A DNA stretch of 64,000 nt. It comes from a virus (taxonomy: Duplodnaviria > Heunggongvirae > Uroviricota > Caudoviricetes). The stretch covers positions 29,122 to 93,121 of the IMG/VR virus record IMGVR_UViG_3300032030_000021; one strand, written 5' to 3'. The notes below the pieces were generated by a model. That model had not been told where the DNA came from. It did no database searches and worked only from the letters and a program-made list of their open reading frames with translations. This document shows, one piece after another, positions 34,999 to 44,920 of the stretch; positions within the stretch are counted from its first letter, which is position 1; each line of letters starts with the position of its first letter. The position numbers were made by a program, and so were the translations under genes.

Positions 34999-35769
34999 AT
35001 GGATATTTATGCAAAATACCTAGGTGAAACTCCGGAAATCATAAATCCTAACAAGAACGGTCGTCCGTTTTTTATACCGGAAGACGTTATTGATAATCTA
35101 GATTGGTCTTTACAAAACAATGGTTTTGATTCCATATGCTGGGAGGGAAACATAATAACCCAGATATGGGAGAATAAATATGGGTGGTTTGACTTTTCTA
35201 AAAATCTTATAGATATCGGAGCCGGATGCGGCGAATATCCGATATTTGCCGGATTTGCTCATTCGTATGCATTCGAACCCAATAAAACCAAGCAATGCTT
35301 CTTGTATGCCAATATGTTATGCCATGATAAAATTCATAACATAGATGTATTGCCATATTGTATAGGAGATGTAGAAAAATCGGAAACATTCAATGGCTGG
35401 ACTTCCGATAAAGATACCGATTTTGGCGATACCGGAGACCTGGTTGAGTATCGGACATTAGATAGTTTTAATTTTGAAAATATCGGGTTGATCAAAATAG
35501 ACATTGAGGGATTTGAATATTATGCTATAAAATCCGGATTAGGCACCATTATACGGAATAACTATCCTCCGTTGTTAATAGAAGTGTGGAATGATGCGGA
35601 TTTAGATGGTTATTTCGGAGAAAGGGCTCCGATATATAAAGAACGCCGGAATCATCTTTTAAATATATTAGCCCGACTGGGATATATAATGATCAATGAT
35701 CCGGACTTAGGCGATTGGGAAACCAGATTTTTTATACACCGCACTCAACCCGGAAGCTATAAACTATGA
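34999..35769 (+). CDS. FkbM-family SAM-dependent methyltransferase
   Basis: IDIGAGCGEY...FEPNK...TLDSF...IGLIKIDIEGFE is the FkbM signature. Confidence 0.6.
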   Translation: MDIYAKYLGETPEIINPNKNGRPFFIPEDVIDNLDWSLQNNGFDSICWEGNIITQIWENKYGWFDFSKNLIDIGAGCGEYPIFAGFAHSYAFEPNKTKQCFLYANMLCHDKIHNIDVLPYCIGDVEKSETFNGWTSDKDTDFGDTGDLVEYRTLDSFNFENIGLIKIDIEGFEYYAIKSGLGTIIRNNYPPLLIEVWNDADLDGYFGERAPIYKERRNHLLNILARLGYIMINDPDLGDWETRFFIHRTQPGSYKL

Positions 35770-37541
35770 TAGAATTATATTATAATCCAAAAGATTCCCG
35801 GCATATCCTAGTGATGCACGACGGGACTATGAAGGAAGTTTCCGATCGAAAAGGCACTCATCGGACATCCGAGATTCTTTTATTAGAAAAACATCTGAAC
35901 AAAATACCGGACTATCAGTTTCTGCCATCATTCACCGGCATACAAAGGCCGATGGTGTTTTTAGAAAAGAAGAAGATCAAGGACAAATGGGTATACTATT
36001 GTGTGAGGGGGTTATGGCATGAAATCAAGACTTGGTGCAAGGAATCCGGCATCATATGTAATGGGGTGTATAATATCTCCGATTACGGCAAGCTCGATAA
36101 AAAACCGGACACTTCTTTCCAGCTAACCAATTTTGATATGTCCGAAGAGTCTTTTATGGAGTATGTGAATAATTGGGGCCTGAATTTAGATCTGCGGCCA
36201 TATCAGTATAAAGCCATATGGACTATACTTCATTACCGGCAGTCTATGTCTCAACTAGCCACCCGAGCGGGCAAGACCCTGATAGCCTATGTCATATTCC
36301 GATATATGCTAGAGCACGGAGCTAAGAAGATTCTGATGGTGGTCCCGAATATCAATCTAGTAAGACAGGGTGTGAAAGATATGAAGGACTATCAGGAGTA
36401 TTTCAAGTCCGAAGAGGTCTGGGCGCAAGGCGAATACTGCCAATGCGCTAATCTGACCATCGGAACATTCCAGTCCCTGATCAAGAGATGCGTGCCCGGC
36501 AAGAAATATAAGCCGAATAAACATTACGATCCGCATTTTTTCGACGGATATGATGTAATATGTATAGATGAATGCCATAAGGCGGATTGCGATTCCATTA
36601 AGACCATCATGAAACAGGAATTTGTCCGCGATGCTAAGCTTATCTTCGGGTTTTCCGGAACCATTCCGGATGCTAATACTATCGAGAACTATGGTGTGCA
36701 GGCTATCCTAGGTCCGATGATACAAGATATCTCTACTATGGAATTGGTAGATGCCGGGTATCTAGCCAAACCCATTGTGAGGCAAATCAGAATGCACTAT
36801 GAAGATTCGCCGGAGTTATTGGATAAATATATTAAGTATGGAGAATACTTATGCGGCCGAGATACCGGAGAGAAACTAGAAAGTCCTGATATTGGAATTA
36901 ATAAAGTTAAATCCCTTCCTATTGTGCTCCGTGAATCTAAAGGTCTATATGAGAAAGAAGAATATAAGCAGATCTTAATAGATATGTGCAAGGCCAAAGG
37001 AGCCGCTCTCCTGAATCTGGAGCAGCTCCTGGCTATGAACTCTCGAGGAAAGATAGATACTATTATGCGGATATTGTCTGACTGGCCGGATAAGAACGGT
37101 ATCGTGTTTGCTCATAATGAAGAATACGTGGATTACTTATATAAATATCTATCAGAGACTCTAGATCGTCCGGTATATAAGATAAAAGGATCCACCACCA
37201 ACAAGAAACGGGAAGCTATTAAGAAGGCAATGAATGAAATCGATAAGAATGCGGTGTTGGTAGCTAGCTATGGATGTGTGGCTACCGGATTGACATTCTC
37301 CAATATCGATTGGTGTATCTTCGCCCAATCCTTCAAGTCTCCGATTCTGGTCATGCAGTCCATCGGAAGAGGACTGCTAAAGACCGAAGAGAAAGACCGG
37401 TTTATTGTTTATGACCTTATAGATGTATTTTCCACCGGAAGACTGGAGAAACATGGTAAGGAAAAAACTAAGCATTATGCCAAGGTCGGATATGAGCATT
37501 CTACTCGATCCGAGAACCTGAAATATATTCCTATATTTTAA
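35766..37541 (+). CDS. superfamily-2 DNA/RNA helicase (DEAH-box type)
   Basis: RPYQ (Q-motif), ATRAGKT (Walker A), ICIDECHKA (DECH), plus C-terminal helicase motifs. Confidence 0.7.
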   Translation: MIELYYNPKDSRHILVMHDGTMKEVSDRKGTHRTSEILLLEKHLNKIPDYQFLPSFTGIQRPMVFLEKKKIKDKWVYYCVRGLWHEIKTWCKESGIICNGVYNISDYGKLDKKPDTSFQLTNFDMSEESFMEYVNNWGLNLDLRPYQYKAIWTILHYRQSMSQLATRAGKTLIAYVIFRYMLEHGAKKILMVVPNINLVRQGVKDMKDYQEYFKSEEVWAQGEYCQCANLTIGTFQSLIKRCVPGKKYKPNKHYDPHFFDGYDVICIDECHKADCDSIKTIMKQEFVRDAKLIFGFSGTIPDANTIENYGVQAILGPMIQDISTMELVDAGYLAKPIVRQIRMHYEDSPELLDKYIKYGEYLCGRDTGEKLESPDIGINKVKSLPIVLRESKGLYEKEEYKQILIDMCKAKGAALLNLEQLLAMNSRGKIDTIMRILSDWPDKNGIVFAHNEEYVDYLYKYLSETLDRPVYKIKGSTTNKKREAIKKAMNEIDKNAVLVASYGCVATGLTFSNIDWCIFAQSFKSPILVMQSIGRGLLKTEEKDRFIVYDLIDVFSTGRLEKHGKEKTKHYAKVGYEHSTRSENLKYIPIF

Positions 37542-37633
37542 TGCGCAAATTCGCGCTAAATTCAAGCGATCGTATCTTAGATGACCAGTTATATCACTTA
37601 AAGTGTGATCGCTTGTTATATCGCAAATATGAG
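37541..37633. repeat. conserved intergenic element copy 2 (GCGCAAATTCGCGC..TTCAAGCGATCG..35 nt..GATCGCTTGTTATATCGCAAATATG)
   Basis: Inverted repeat AAGCGATC/GATCGCTT flanks a ~35-nt spacer. Lies between the helicase gene and a tagged-family gene. Confidence 0.6.
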
Positions 37634-37695
37634 AGTTTTTGAAAAATATTATATGATCCCGGAAAGATTTTGATTATTTAATCAAATATGTTAAT

Positions 37696-38520
37696 ATGAA
37701 GACAATAGTAGAATCTATAATAGGAAGAAGAGGGTCTAATAAAAAATTATATATAGTAAGTCCGAAAGGTTCGGATAACTATTTATATTGGAATAGTAAG
37801 TTTACTTATAATGGAGTTGCGGATAGTCGAGGGTACTTTTATTTTGTTTTGACAAAAGATGAACTCCAAAAATTTCTTCCGCAGGAGCCGGATACTAGCA
37901 TTTATTTAGTCGATGACGATACCGTAGATTATAAGAAATTGGAACAAGATGTGGAAAAAACAAAAGATCTTTTAAATAATCCTCTTATATACTTAAAAAA
38001 AGTAGACGTAATGTCTATCAGCGAATCTATAATAGGACGAAAAGGTGTGCCGAAAGAAAACGGGACCGTATGGGGAATGCTTTCCCCGCTTTTCGACCCG
38101 CATGTAGAAACCACACACGATATCAATCATTTGGTATATATATTTACGGCCCCGATTATGAAGGTTAAAAAAACATATACCAATATATTTAATATCATGT
38201 GTGATGCAATAACACTATTCAGACATTCCGCTTATTTATTTCCCACGGCAGCATGTGCCGAAAAAGATTACTTATATGTATTAAATGAGGTAAGTGTGAA
38301 TCTTAATGTAATTAGAGATGGGCGGATTGCCGGTTCTTGGACCGAATCTATCCAAAGACTGGAGGAACGGAAAGAAGTATCTTCTAAATTGAAAAAGATA
38401 AGCAGGAAACTCATCGATTTTGATCTCTCGGGAATAAATGAAATCGCATTCCGATACTATTTCGATAATAAGAAACAACCGATGACATTAGAAATGATTA
38501 ATATAGATATTGCTATATAA
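37696..38520 (+). CDS. tagged-family protein, in-frame tandem fusion of two tagged modules
   Basis: Starts MKTIVESIIGRRGSN. A second complete tag MSISESIIGRKGVPK starts in frame at nt 38011 with no stop between them. Confidence 0.55.
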   Translation: MKTIVESIIGRRGSNKKLYIVSPKGSDNYLYWNSKFTYNGVADSRGYFYFVLTKDELQKFLPQEPDTSIYLVDDDTVDYKKLEQDVEKTKDLLNNPLIYLKKVDVMSISESIIGRKGVPKENGTVWGMLSPLFDPHVETTHDINHLVYIFTAPIMKVKKTYTNIFNIMCDAITLFRHSAYLFPTAACAEKDYLYVLNEVSVNLNVIRDGRIAGSWTESIQRLEERKEVSSKLKKISRKLIDFDLSGINEIAFRYYFDNKKQPMTLEMINIDIAI

Positions 38521-38536
38521 CTTAAAAAGGATCGAT

Positions 38537-38920
38537 ATGAAATCTATAAAGGAATCTATAATAGGAAGAAGGAATACATCAATACAGAGGACATTAATAA
38601 TCATACCGGTACATGAAGATGCACATTTTATGTATGATTCGATTAATTCAAGTAATGGTATAATTCGAACAAGATCTAAGAATGGTTGGGATATTTTTGT
38701 TTTATCTATCCGGGATGCCACCTATGATTTAATCGTAAATATTAGAAGTAAATATACAAAAATATGTATTGCGGAGCTCCCTGTAAAAAATGTTATAGAT
38801 TTGTGTTATAAAATGCATGTGGGCATATTATTCAAGAGCAATGCTCTTAATAGCATTCCTCCGGAATTCAAAGAAATCACGAAAGAGGATTGTATAAAAT
38901 TATTAAAACAAAATAAATAA
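38537..38920 (+). CDS. tagged-family protein
   Basis: Starts MKSIKESIIGRRNTS. The track ORF starts upstream at 38510. Confidence 0.6.
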   Translation: MKSIKESIIGRRNTSIQRTLIIIPVHEDAHFMYDSINSSNGIIRTRSKNGWDIFVLSIRDATYDLIVNIRSKYTKICIAELPVKNVIDLCYKMHVGILFKSNALNSIPPEFKEITKEDCIKLLKQNK

Positions 38921-38924
38921 AAAC

Positions 38925-39326
38925 ATGAAACACATCAGCGAATCTATAATAGGGAGGAAAGGAGCGGGGCAGTTTCAGTCTATAATAATTGTTCCATTGG
39001 AATCGGATTATATGACTTTCAGTAATAATATATCTTATGTGGTCCCGTTTGATTTTGGGTCTGGTAATATATGGAAGGGGTTTGCTACGATATGGGATAA
39101 TGCGGAAGATATTTTCCGGAACATCATATGGCCACAAACTAAGATATTTATATCCGGCATGCCTGTGGATGATTTTATCAAAGAATTTACTCGCACCAAC
39201 AAACGTTCTCGATCTATAATGACAGTTAAAGTTAATGCTCAGAAAAGTTATCTTATAAATCCGCCGGAGGGAGCCAGACAGATAACCTTAGACGAACTTA
39301 GAAATATTGTCAAAAAATATAAATAG
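38925..39326 (+). CDS. tagged-family protein
   Basis: Starts MKHISESIIGRKGAG. Confidence 0.6.
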   Translation: MKHISESIIGRKGAGQFQSIIIVPLESDYMTFSNNISYVVPFDFGSGNIWKGFATIWDNAEDIFRNIIWPQTKIFISGMPVDDFIKEFTRTNKRSRSIMTVKVNAQKSYLINPPEGARQITLDELRNIVKKYK

Positions 39327-39330
39327 AAAA

Positions 39331-39777
39331 ATGAAAGACTTCAAAAAATATATAACCGATAAGAAAGAGATCTCCGCCGGATTCTTATTTGAGACTCCGG
39401 AGGGATTTTTGTTAGTCCATCCCACCGCTAGGGCTAAAAGCAAGGGTAATTGGGATATCCCTAAAGGACATATTGAAACCGGAGAATATCCGCTAGAGGC
39501 GGCTATTAGGGAATTAAAAGAAGAAACCGGACTGGATTATAATCCGGACTGGGAAACGGACTTTTTAGGACAATTCAACTATACTCTTACTAAAGATCTT
39601 TTATTATATCATCTTCATTGTCCGGTGGTACCAGATGTCAAGAAATGCAAGTGTACTTCTTATTTTGATCTTAACGGCAAAGAGACTCCGGAAAATGATG
39701 ATTTCATGATCACTAAGGAATTAGAATATACGTTTCATTCTATGCAGAAGATATTAAAAAAATTGGGACTGCTATGA
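39331..39777 (+). CDS. NUDIX hydrolase
   Basis: Nudix box GHIETGEYPLEAAIRELKEETGL. The first ATG is at 39331; the track ORF started at a TTG at 39307. Confidence 0.7.
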   Translation: MKDFKKYITDKKEISAGFLFETPEGFLLVHPTARAKSKGNWDIPKGHIETGEYPLEAAIRELKEETGLDYNPDWETDFLGQFNYTLTKDLLLYHLHCPVVPDVKKCKCTSYFDLNGKETPENDDFMITKELEYTFHSMQKILKKLGLL

Positions 39778-40127
39778 AAACTATAAAAGAATCTATAATA
39801 GGGAGGAAAGGAGTGCATTCTCCGGAGTTATATATATTTCATCCGTGTGCTGAAGATTATGATTTAGCTTTAGATATTTTGCCGAAGGAACATATGGTTA
39901 AAACAAAGGATGGGCCGTTTTTTTATTGTATAGATAAAATTGAATTAGAACGGTATCTTAGGAAAGTAGGACAACATAAACTTATCGGGCCTAATATACA
40001 CAGAAAATTAAACGGGTCCAGTACTCTGTATAAGGTAATAGGTTCCTCCGATCTCGATCAAATAAAGGATTTATTAAAAACTCACCCGTTTGTTGAATTA
40101 AAGAATTTGGTGATCCGTATTGCTTAA
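39774..40127 (+). CDS. tagged-family protein
   Basis: Starts MKTIKESIIGRKGVH. Confidence 0.6.
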   Translation: MKTIKESIIGRKGVHSPELYIFHPCAEDYDLALDILPKEHMVKTKDGPFFYCIDKIELERYLRKVGQHKLIGPNIHRKLNGSSTLYKVIGSSDLDQIKDLLKTHPFVELKNLVIRIA

Positions 40128-40142
40128 AATAAACATTGAAAT

Positions 40143-40670
40143 ATGCAAAATAAAATACTAACTATAGTCTTTATAATCTTATATGCGGCGGTAGCATTCG
40201 TCTCTACGTACCATGCCATCTTCTTCTTCGGACTTTCCAACCCTATGTGGTTGGCGGTGATCCTGGCGATCGCCTTCGAGGTAGGCCAGGCCGTGGTTCT
40301 GTTTACCATCCTGACTTCTAATATCAAGCAAGTGATGAGTTGGGTGCTAATGGGGATCTTAACAATCGTACAGTGTCTGGGTAACATTTTTAGTTCGTAT
40401 AAATGGATGCTTCTACATAATGCCGACCAGATACAATATTTTACCAAGTCCGTATTGTTTTTCGTACAATCTCCGAATCCGGAATATAATTATGTGATGA
40501 TCTCCTATATCACCGGAGCGATTCTTCCGATAGTAGCTCTCTGCTTGACTAGTATTGTGGCTAAGATGATCAAAGGATCTCCGGCGGAGTCTCCGGCGGA
40601 ACCTATTATAGAATCTCCGGCGGAACCTGAAAAAGACGTAGAAGAAGACGTATTTATACCGAGTAATTAA
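40143..40670 (+). CDS. integral membrane protein (about 4 TM) with C-terminal (E-S-P-A-E-P) repeats
   Basis: Hydrophobic segments ILTIVFIILYAAVAFV, WLAVILAIAFEVGQAVVLFTIL, WVLMGILTIVQCLGNIF and ILPIVALCLTSIVA. The tail is SPAESPAEPIIESPAEP. Confidence 0.5.
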   Translation: MQNKILTIVFIILYAAVAFVSTYHAIFFFGLSNPMWLAVILAIAFEVGQAVVLFTILTSNIKQVMSWVLMGILTIVQCLGNIFSSYKWMLLHNADQIQYFTKSVLFFVQSPNPEYNYVMISYITGAILPIVALCLTSIVAKMIKGSPAESPAEPIIESPAEPEKDVEEDVFIPSN

Positions 40671-40684
40671 ATATAATAAGGATT

Positions 40685-41074
40685 ATGAAACACATCCATG
40701 AATCTATAATAGGTAGAAAAGGTACAAATTCAATTAAATTATGGCTGCTATACCCTGTAGTCAAGGATTTTTATATCGCATTAGAAGTGTTGCCGAGGGA
40801 CTGTAGGATTTATTGGGATAATACGTCTTTGTTTTGTGTAAACCGCCAACAATTAAAAGAGTTTTTTGATAATCTTTCAAATGATAATATGTTTACCGAC
40901 CCGAATAGTGCTCTATTTGAGATAAATCCACACTATTTAAGAAATATTAAAGATGTGAAAGATTGGATAGTCGGTTTATCTTCCGATAATTGGAAAGATT
41001 TTGATTTAATATATAAAGCTGAAGAATTAAATCAGATAACTGTCGATATTCCAAAATATATTAAAAGTTTATGA
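40685..41074 (+). CDS. tagged-family protein
   Basis: Starts MKHIHESIIGRKGTN. Confidence 0.6.
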   Translation: MKHIHESIIGRKGTNSIKLWLLYPVVKDFYIALEVLPRDCRIYWDNTSLFCVNRQQLKEFFDNLSNDNMFTDPNSALFEINPHYLRNIKDVKDWIVGLSSDNWKDFDLIYKAEELNQITVDIPKYIKSL

Positions 41075-41592
41075 AACATATAAATGAATCTATAATAGGA
41101 CGGAAAGGATCTATGTGGTCATTGGATATACCAAAAAAGGCGGAAGATCTGGAGTACGTAAAATCATGGAAGACTCTTCCCGGATATGCCGCGGAATTCA
41201 ATATAGAAATTCCAAGAATCAAGCAAAAGGGATTGGATGATGTAACGGATTTCATATATAGTATGATATTCGAGAACCGGAAAAATATAGCTAACCCGAC
41301 ACAATGGATTATGAAAGATTTAGGCTTATCAAATTATGTTCATAATTTGTTATGTGATACTAGATTTCTTTATAATGATCCGAACAGCAGTACATATACA
41401 GTAAATCATCAATATTCTATTCAATATAGAAGTCCGTTGTTTGACAAAAAAGATAAAGATATCTGGTATGATATATACAAAATAGTTTGTAAATTTGATA
41501 ATAATATCGGCTTGGATGATATTAATCTTCGGATTATGTACGTATGGAATACTCATAATGAATTAGATCAAATAACAGTATTTTTAAATTAA
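41071..41592 (+). CDS. tagged-family protein
   Basis: Starts MKHINESIIGRKGSM. Confidence 0.6.
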   Translation: MKHINESIIGRKGSMWSLDIPKKAEDLEYVKSWKTLPGYAAEFNIEIPRIKQKGLDDVTDFIYSMIFENRKNIANPTQWIMKDLGLSNYVHNLLCDTRFLYNDPNSSTYTVNHQYSIQYRSPLFDKKDKDIWYDIYKIVCKFDNNIGLDDINLRIMYVWNTHNELDQITVFLN

Positions 41593-41701
41593 ACATGAAA
41601 GAAACCAAAGAATACGGTAATTGTGATATGATTTGCTGGGATTGCGAATCTTCCGCGCATTGTTGGTATTTTGAGTCTTTATTGAAAGAAAATGAAGAAT
41701 T

Positions 41702-42127
41702 ATGAAACATATAAATGAATCTATAATAGGAAGAAAAGGAATTACCAGTATTCCGAAGCTGGAAAATCATGATATTGTTAAATTAGACAATGATCATTAC
41801 TACATGGTTGTCTTAGATGAATATGAGATGAAACTCGCTAAACTAGATTTTTTTAAAAGCCAGGTCACGGAAGGGATCCTTTTAAGATATGAAGCATCTA
41901 GCCGGTCTTGGTCTTGGCAACCAATAAATGAATATAGTCTGCTGGACTTAAAAATAAACCCGAAATTTAAAAGCACAATATCACTAGACATATGTGAAGT
42001 ATATCGGAGTCTTTCGGCTATCACTACTAAATATAACAATCATCTATATATGTGGTGTGATGAAGAAAATATGAAAGAAAAAATCAAAAAAGGATACGGA
42101 GTTTATAAATTATTGTGGAAAAGATAA
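41702..42127 (+). CDS. tagged-family protein
   Basis: Starts MKHINESIIGRKGIT. Confidence 0.6.
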   Translation: MKHINESIIGRKGITSIPKLENHDIVKLDNDHYYMVVLDEYEMKLAKLDFFKSQVTEGILLRYEASSRSWSWQPINEYSLLDLKINPKFKSTISLDICEVYRSLSAITTKYNNHLYMWCDEENMKEKIKKGYGVYKLLWKR

Positions 42128-42151
42128 CTTATAAGAATCAATATAGAAGAT

Positions 42152-42577
42152 ATGAAGACATTACAAGAATCTATAATAGGAAGAAAGAATTCGAGCTCGG
42201 TTCTAAAACATGATCGCACGGGGCTTTATGAGGGTGATATAGTCTATTTTAAATGCCATCCGTATAAACCATATGTAGTTATATTAAATCCTGATATATA
42301 TAAAAAATTCCTGTTACCGAGATCATTGAAAGATTATGATTGTACGGAGGGGGTCCTCATAACCCCCGGTAGAGATGGTTCTTATGGATTTATGGTTCTA
42401 TCGGATTATGATAAAAATCTTAAATTTACGGAAAACTCCGATCCGTGGAACATAACTGAAGTAAAAAGAGGATATATTGGATCACATCGGCTTGATAAAT
42501 TATTAAATGATATAGATGGCATATATGACATATCGAGAGGTTTTAAAACCGTTTTTGAAAACGGGAAATGGCTATAA
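42152..42577 (+). CDS. tagged-family protein
   Basis: Starts MKTLQESIIGRKNSS. Confidence 0.6.
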   Translation: MKTLQESIIGRKNSSSVLKHDRTGLYEGDIVYFKCHPYKPYVVILNPDIYKKFLLPRSLKDYDCTEGVLITPGRDGSYGFMVLSDYDKNLKFTENSDPWNITEVKRGYIGSHRLDKLLNDIDGIYDISRGFKTVFENGKWL

Positions 42578-42650
42578 AACGGCAGCATAATCAATACCAC
42601 ATCTAAAAACATAGAATCTTCCAGATATATTTCTAAAAACCGGAAATTAT

Positions 42651-42872
42651 ATGGAAGATTCTATTATTGTTAAATATGCAGGCGGTCTGAATAACACCAG
42701 CAATCAGATAGAATTTACCGGGTCGCGTATTTCGGATACCGAATATCCTACTATTGGGCTACATGAAATCACTTGGATTAACAAAGATCGTGGATATTCG
42801 ATAACCTTGAAAATTCGTAAGCTCGATGATGATATCCAAGAGTTATTCAAGAATAATTCCGCCTTCGCATAA
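42651..42872 (+). CDS. small hypothetical protein
   Basis: 73-aa ORF upstream of the ParB-like gene. Confidence 0.3.
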   Translation: MEDSIIVKYAGGLNNTSNQIEFTGSRISDTEYPTIGLHEITWINKDRGYSITLKIRKLDDDIQELFKNNSAFA

Positions 42873-42884
42873 ATTAATCAATAT

Positions 42885-43337
42885 ATGGTAAGAGAAAAAA
42901 TAAACATCCCAAAACATCCTAAAGAATTCAGAACTGTAAAACTAAAAGATCTGAAACCTCACCCCGGAAACCCTCGCCACAATGAGCGAAGTGCCGAGAT
43001 GGTGGCGGAGTCAATCAAATCATATGGATACATCTCTCCGATAGTGGTATCCGAAGATAATACTATTCTGGCAGGACATACCAGATATAAAGCTCTTAAG
43101 ATCTTAGGACAGGATGAGGCTGAAGTTATAGTGGTGTTCGGACTCACTCCGGAAGAGATATTGGGTTTCGTTATTGCCGATAACCGTATCGGAGAATATT
43201 CCGGATGGAATTATGAAGCCGTCAATCGGATGATTGGAGACATCGAAGACAAATCTATGATGAACAAAATGGGAATGTCTACCTATGAAGACAATAAGAA
43301 AGAATTAGAGGATCTGATCAATGGAATCGAAACATAG
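42885..43337 (+). CDS. ParB/Srx-like nuclease domain protein (DpdB-like partner candidate)
   Basis: KLKDLKPHPGNPRHN...ISPIVVSEDNTILAGHTRYKALKILG is the ParB N-terminal domain signature. Overlaps the downstream TGT-like gene. Confidence 0.6.
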   Translation: MVREKINIPKHPKEFRTVKLKDLKPHPGNPRHNERSAEMVAESIKSYGYISPIVVSEDNTILAGHTRYKALKILGQDEAEVIVVFGLTPEEILGFVIADNRIGEYSGWNYEAVNRMIGDIEDKSMMNKMGMSTYEDNKKELEDLINGIET

Positions 43338-44142
43338 ATTTGTATATGGGCTTGGTGGGGGCCTGGTATATTCTACCGGTCAAGGCGGAAAATGGCAAGA
43401 AAATCTCCCTAAGATCTTGGCCACTTTTGATAATGCCGTTCTAGTAAGTCCGGTAGATATGCCTAAGAAGGCAGCTATTTTGATATACAATAGTGTAGGC
43501 ACAGATCGATTCTATTTGGACTCCGGGGGTTTCACACTCTTCAAGGATCAAGTCAAGCTCGGAGCGGATAACCCGGAATTCCACACCAAGTGCGAAAAGA
43601 TGAAAAATAAATTTCTCAATATCCTCAAAGAAGTCCGCCCAGTGGAAGTCTTTGAATTAGATAATGAATATTTCCGGCACGATCCTGATATGCTTTCTCC
43701 GAAGAACTATTGCCGGCAAGAAATCTATGATATTATAGGCAAGTATCCGACTCCGGTATTCAAGATGCACCAAGGTTTTGAATATTGGAAACGATTATGC
43801 GAGTGTGATCTATATCCCCGACTAGCTATCGGCGGTCTGGCTCAGACCCGGGAATGGAATAAGCATCCGGAGGAGTTTCGGAAGATGATGGCTTATGCCC
43901 GGCAATGTGGTAAGAAAGTCCACCTTCTGGGTTGCTATAATGTGGATGCCTTCAAGACTATCCGGCCGGATACCGCTGACTGGTCTATATTCGAGTTCAA
44001 GCAGAATATCAAGAGAGCCCGCCGGGAACATCCGGAACTTAAGACACATGCCGAGCTTTCTATACACGCGGCTCTTTATGCATTCGCTCGAGCCAGGTCT
44101 AAATCATTTCTTTATGATACATGCTTGGACGAAAACGAATAA
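43321..44142 (+). CDS. second TGT-family protein (DpdA-like DNA transglycosylase candidate)
   Basis: FYLDSGGFTLF matches TGT DSGGFQ (catalytic Asp region). RLAIGGLAQ matches GYAIGGLSVGE. KVHLLGCYNVDAF matches YLMGVGKPDDI. Confidence 0.55.
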   Translation: MESKHRFVYGLGGGLVYSTGQGGKWQENLPKILATFDNAVLVSPVDMPKKAAILIYNSVGTDRFYLDSGGFTLFKDQVKLGADNPEFHTKCEKMKNKFLNILKEVRPVEVFELDNEYFRHDPDMLSPKNYCRQEIYDIIGKYPTPVFKMHQGFEYWKRLCECDLYPRLAIGGLAQTREWNKHPEEFRKMMAYARQCGKKVHLLGCYNVDAFKTIRPDTADWSIFEFKQNIKRARREHPELKTHAELSIHAALYAFARARSKSFLYDTCLDENE

Positions 44143-44197
44143 TTGATTCTTAATATTTTTCCGATTCGTTTATATAACATCATAAGATCATAAAGAT

Positions 44198-44764
44198 ATG
44201 AATGTATATTTCACAGGCGCCCAAGGTACGGGCAAAACGACTTTAGCGAATCTTTTGGAAACTATTGGTTTCAAAAAGATCCCTTCCGTAACCAGATCTC
44301 TCATTGAGAAGGAGGAGTTATCTCCGGAGCGGACATCCCAAGGAGCTACCCCTGAAACTCAGAAGATCATCTTTGATGAATATTATAAAATCTTCCGGAC
44401 CCAAAAGGCCATTGTGAGCGACCGCTTTCTGACAGATGTATTTGCTTACACCAAATATCTCTATAAAAGAGATGAGGATGAGGATTCCTTAAGCGAACTT
44501 CATCGGGAAAGAGAAAAGATCGATGAAATAGCATTTTATCAAGGGCTACTCTATGGAGATGCGGATGCCGTAGTTTTCTATTGCCCTGTTGAATTCGAGG
44601 TGGAATCCGATGGAGTTCGGGATACGGATGAGGAATATAGGAAGACTATCGATGAATATATCAAAAAAGAATTAATCCGCCAAGGTATTCGTTTTCATGA
44701 GCTTCATGGATCCGTAGAAGAACGTATGAAAACTATCAAATCCGTTCTATATCAACACATTTAA
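44198..44764 (+). CDS. P-loop nucleotide/nucleoside kinase-like protein
   Basis: Walker A FTGAQGTGKTTLANLL at the N-terminus. Small (188 aa), consistent with (d)NMP or nucleoside kinase folds. Confidence 0.5.
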   Translation: MNVYFTGAQGTGKTTLANLLETIGFKKIPSVTRSLIEKEELSPERTSQGATPETQKIIFDEYYKIFRTQKAIVSDRFLTDVFAYTKYLYKRDEDEDSLSELHREREKIDEIAFYQGLLYGDADAVVFYCPVEFEVESDGVRDTDEEYRKTIDEYIKKELIRQGIRFHELHGSVEERMKTIKSVLYQHI

Positions 44765-44920
44765 TCATAGATTTTCTTTACAGTTTCATATAAAAAACTT
44801 ATTATTTATATGGGTGTTAAAAATCGTATACTAACATCTATATAATATCAATTAAGAACAACTGCGCAGAATTCTTAACAATTAACCTTTTCATAAATTA
44901 ACAAACAAACTTTACAGATT

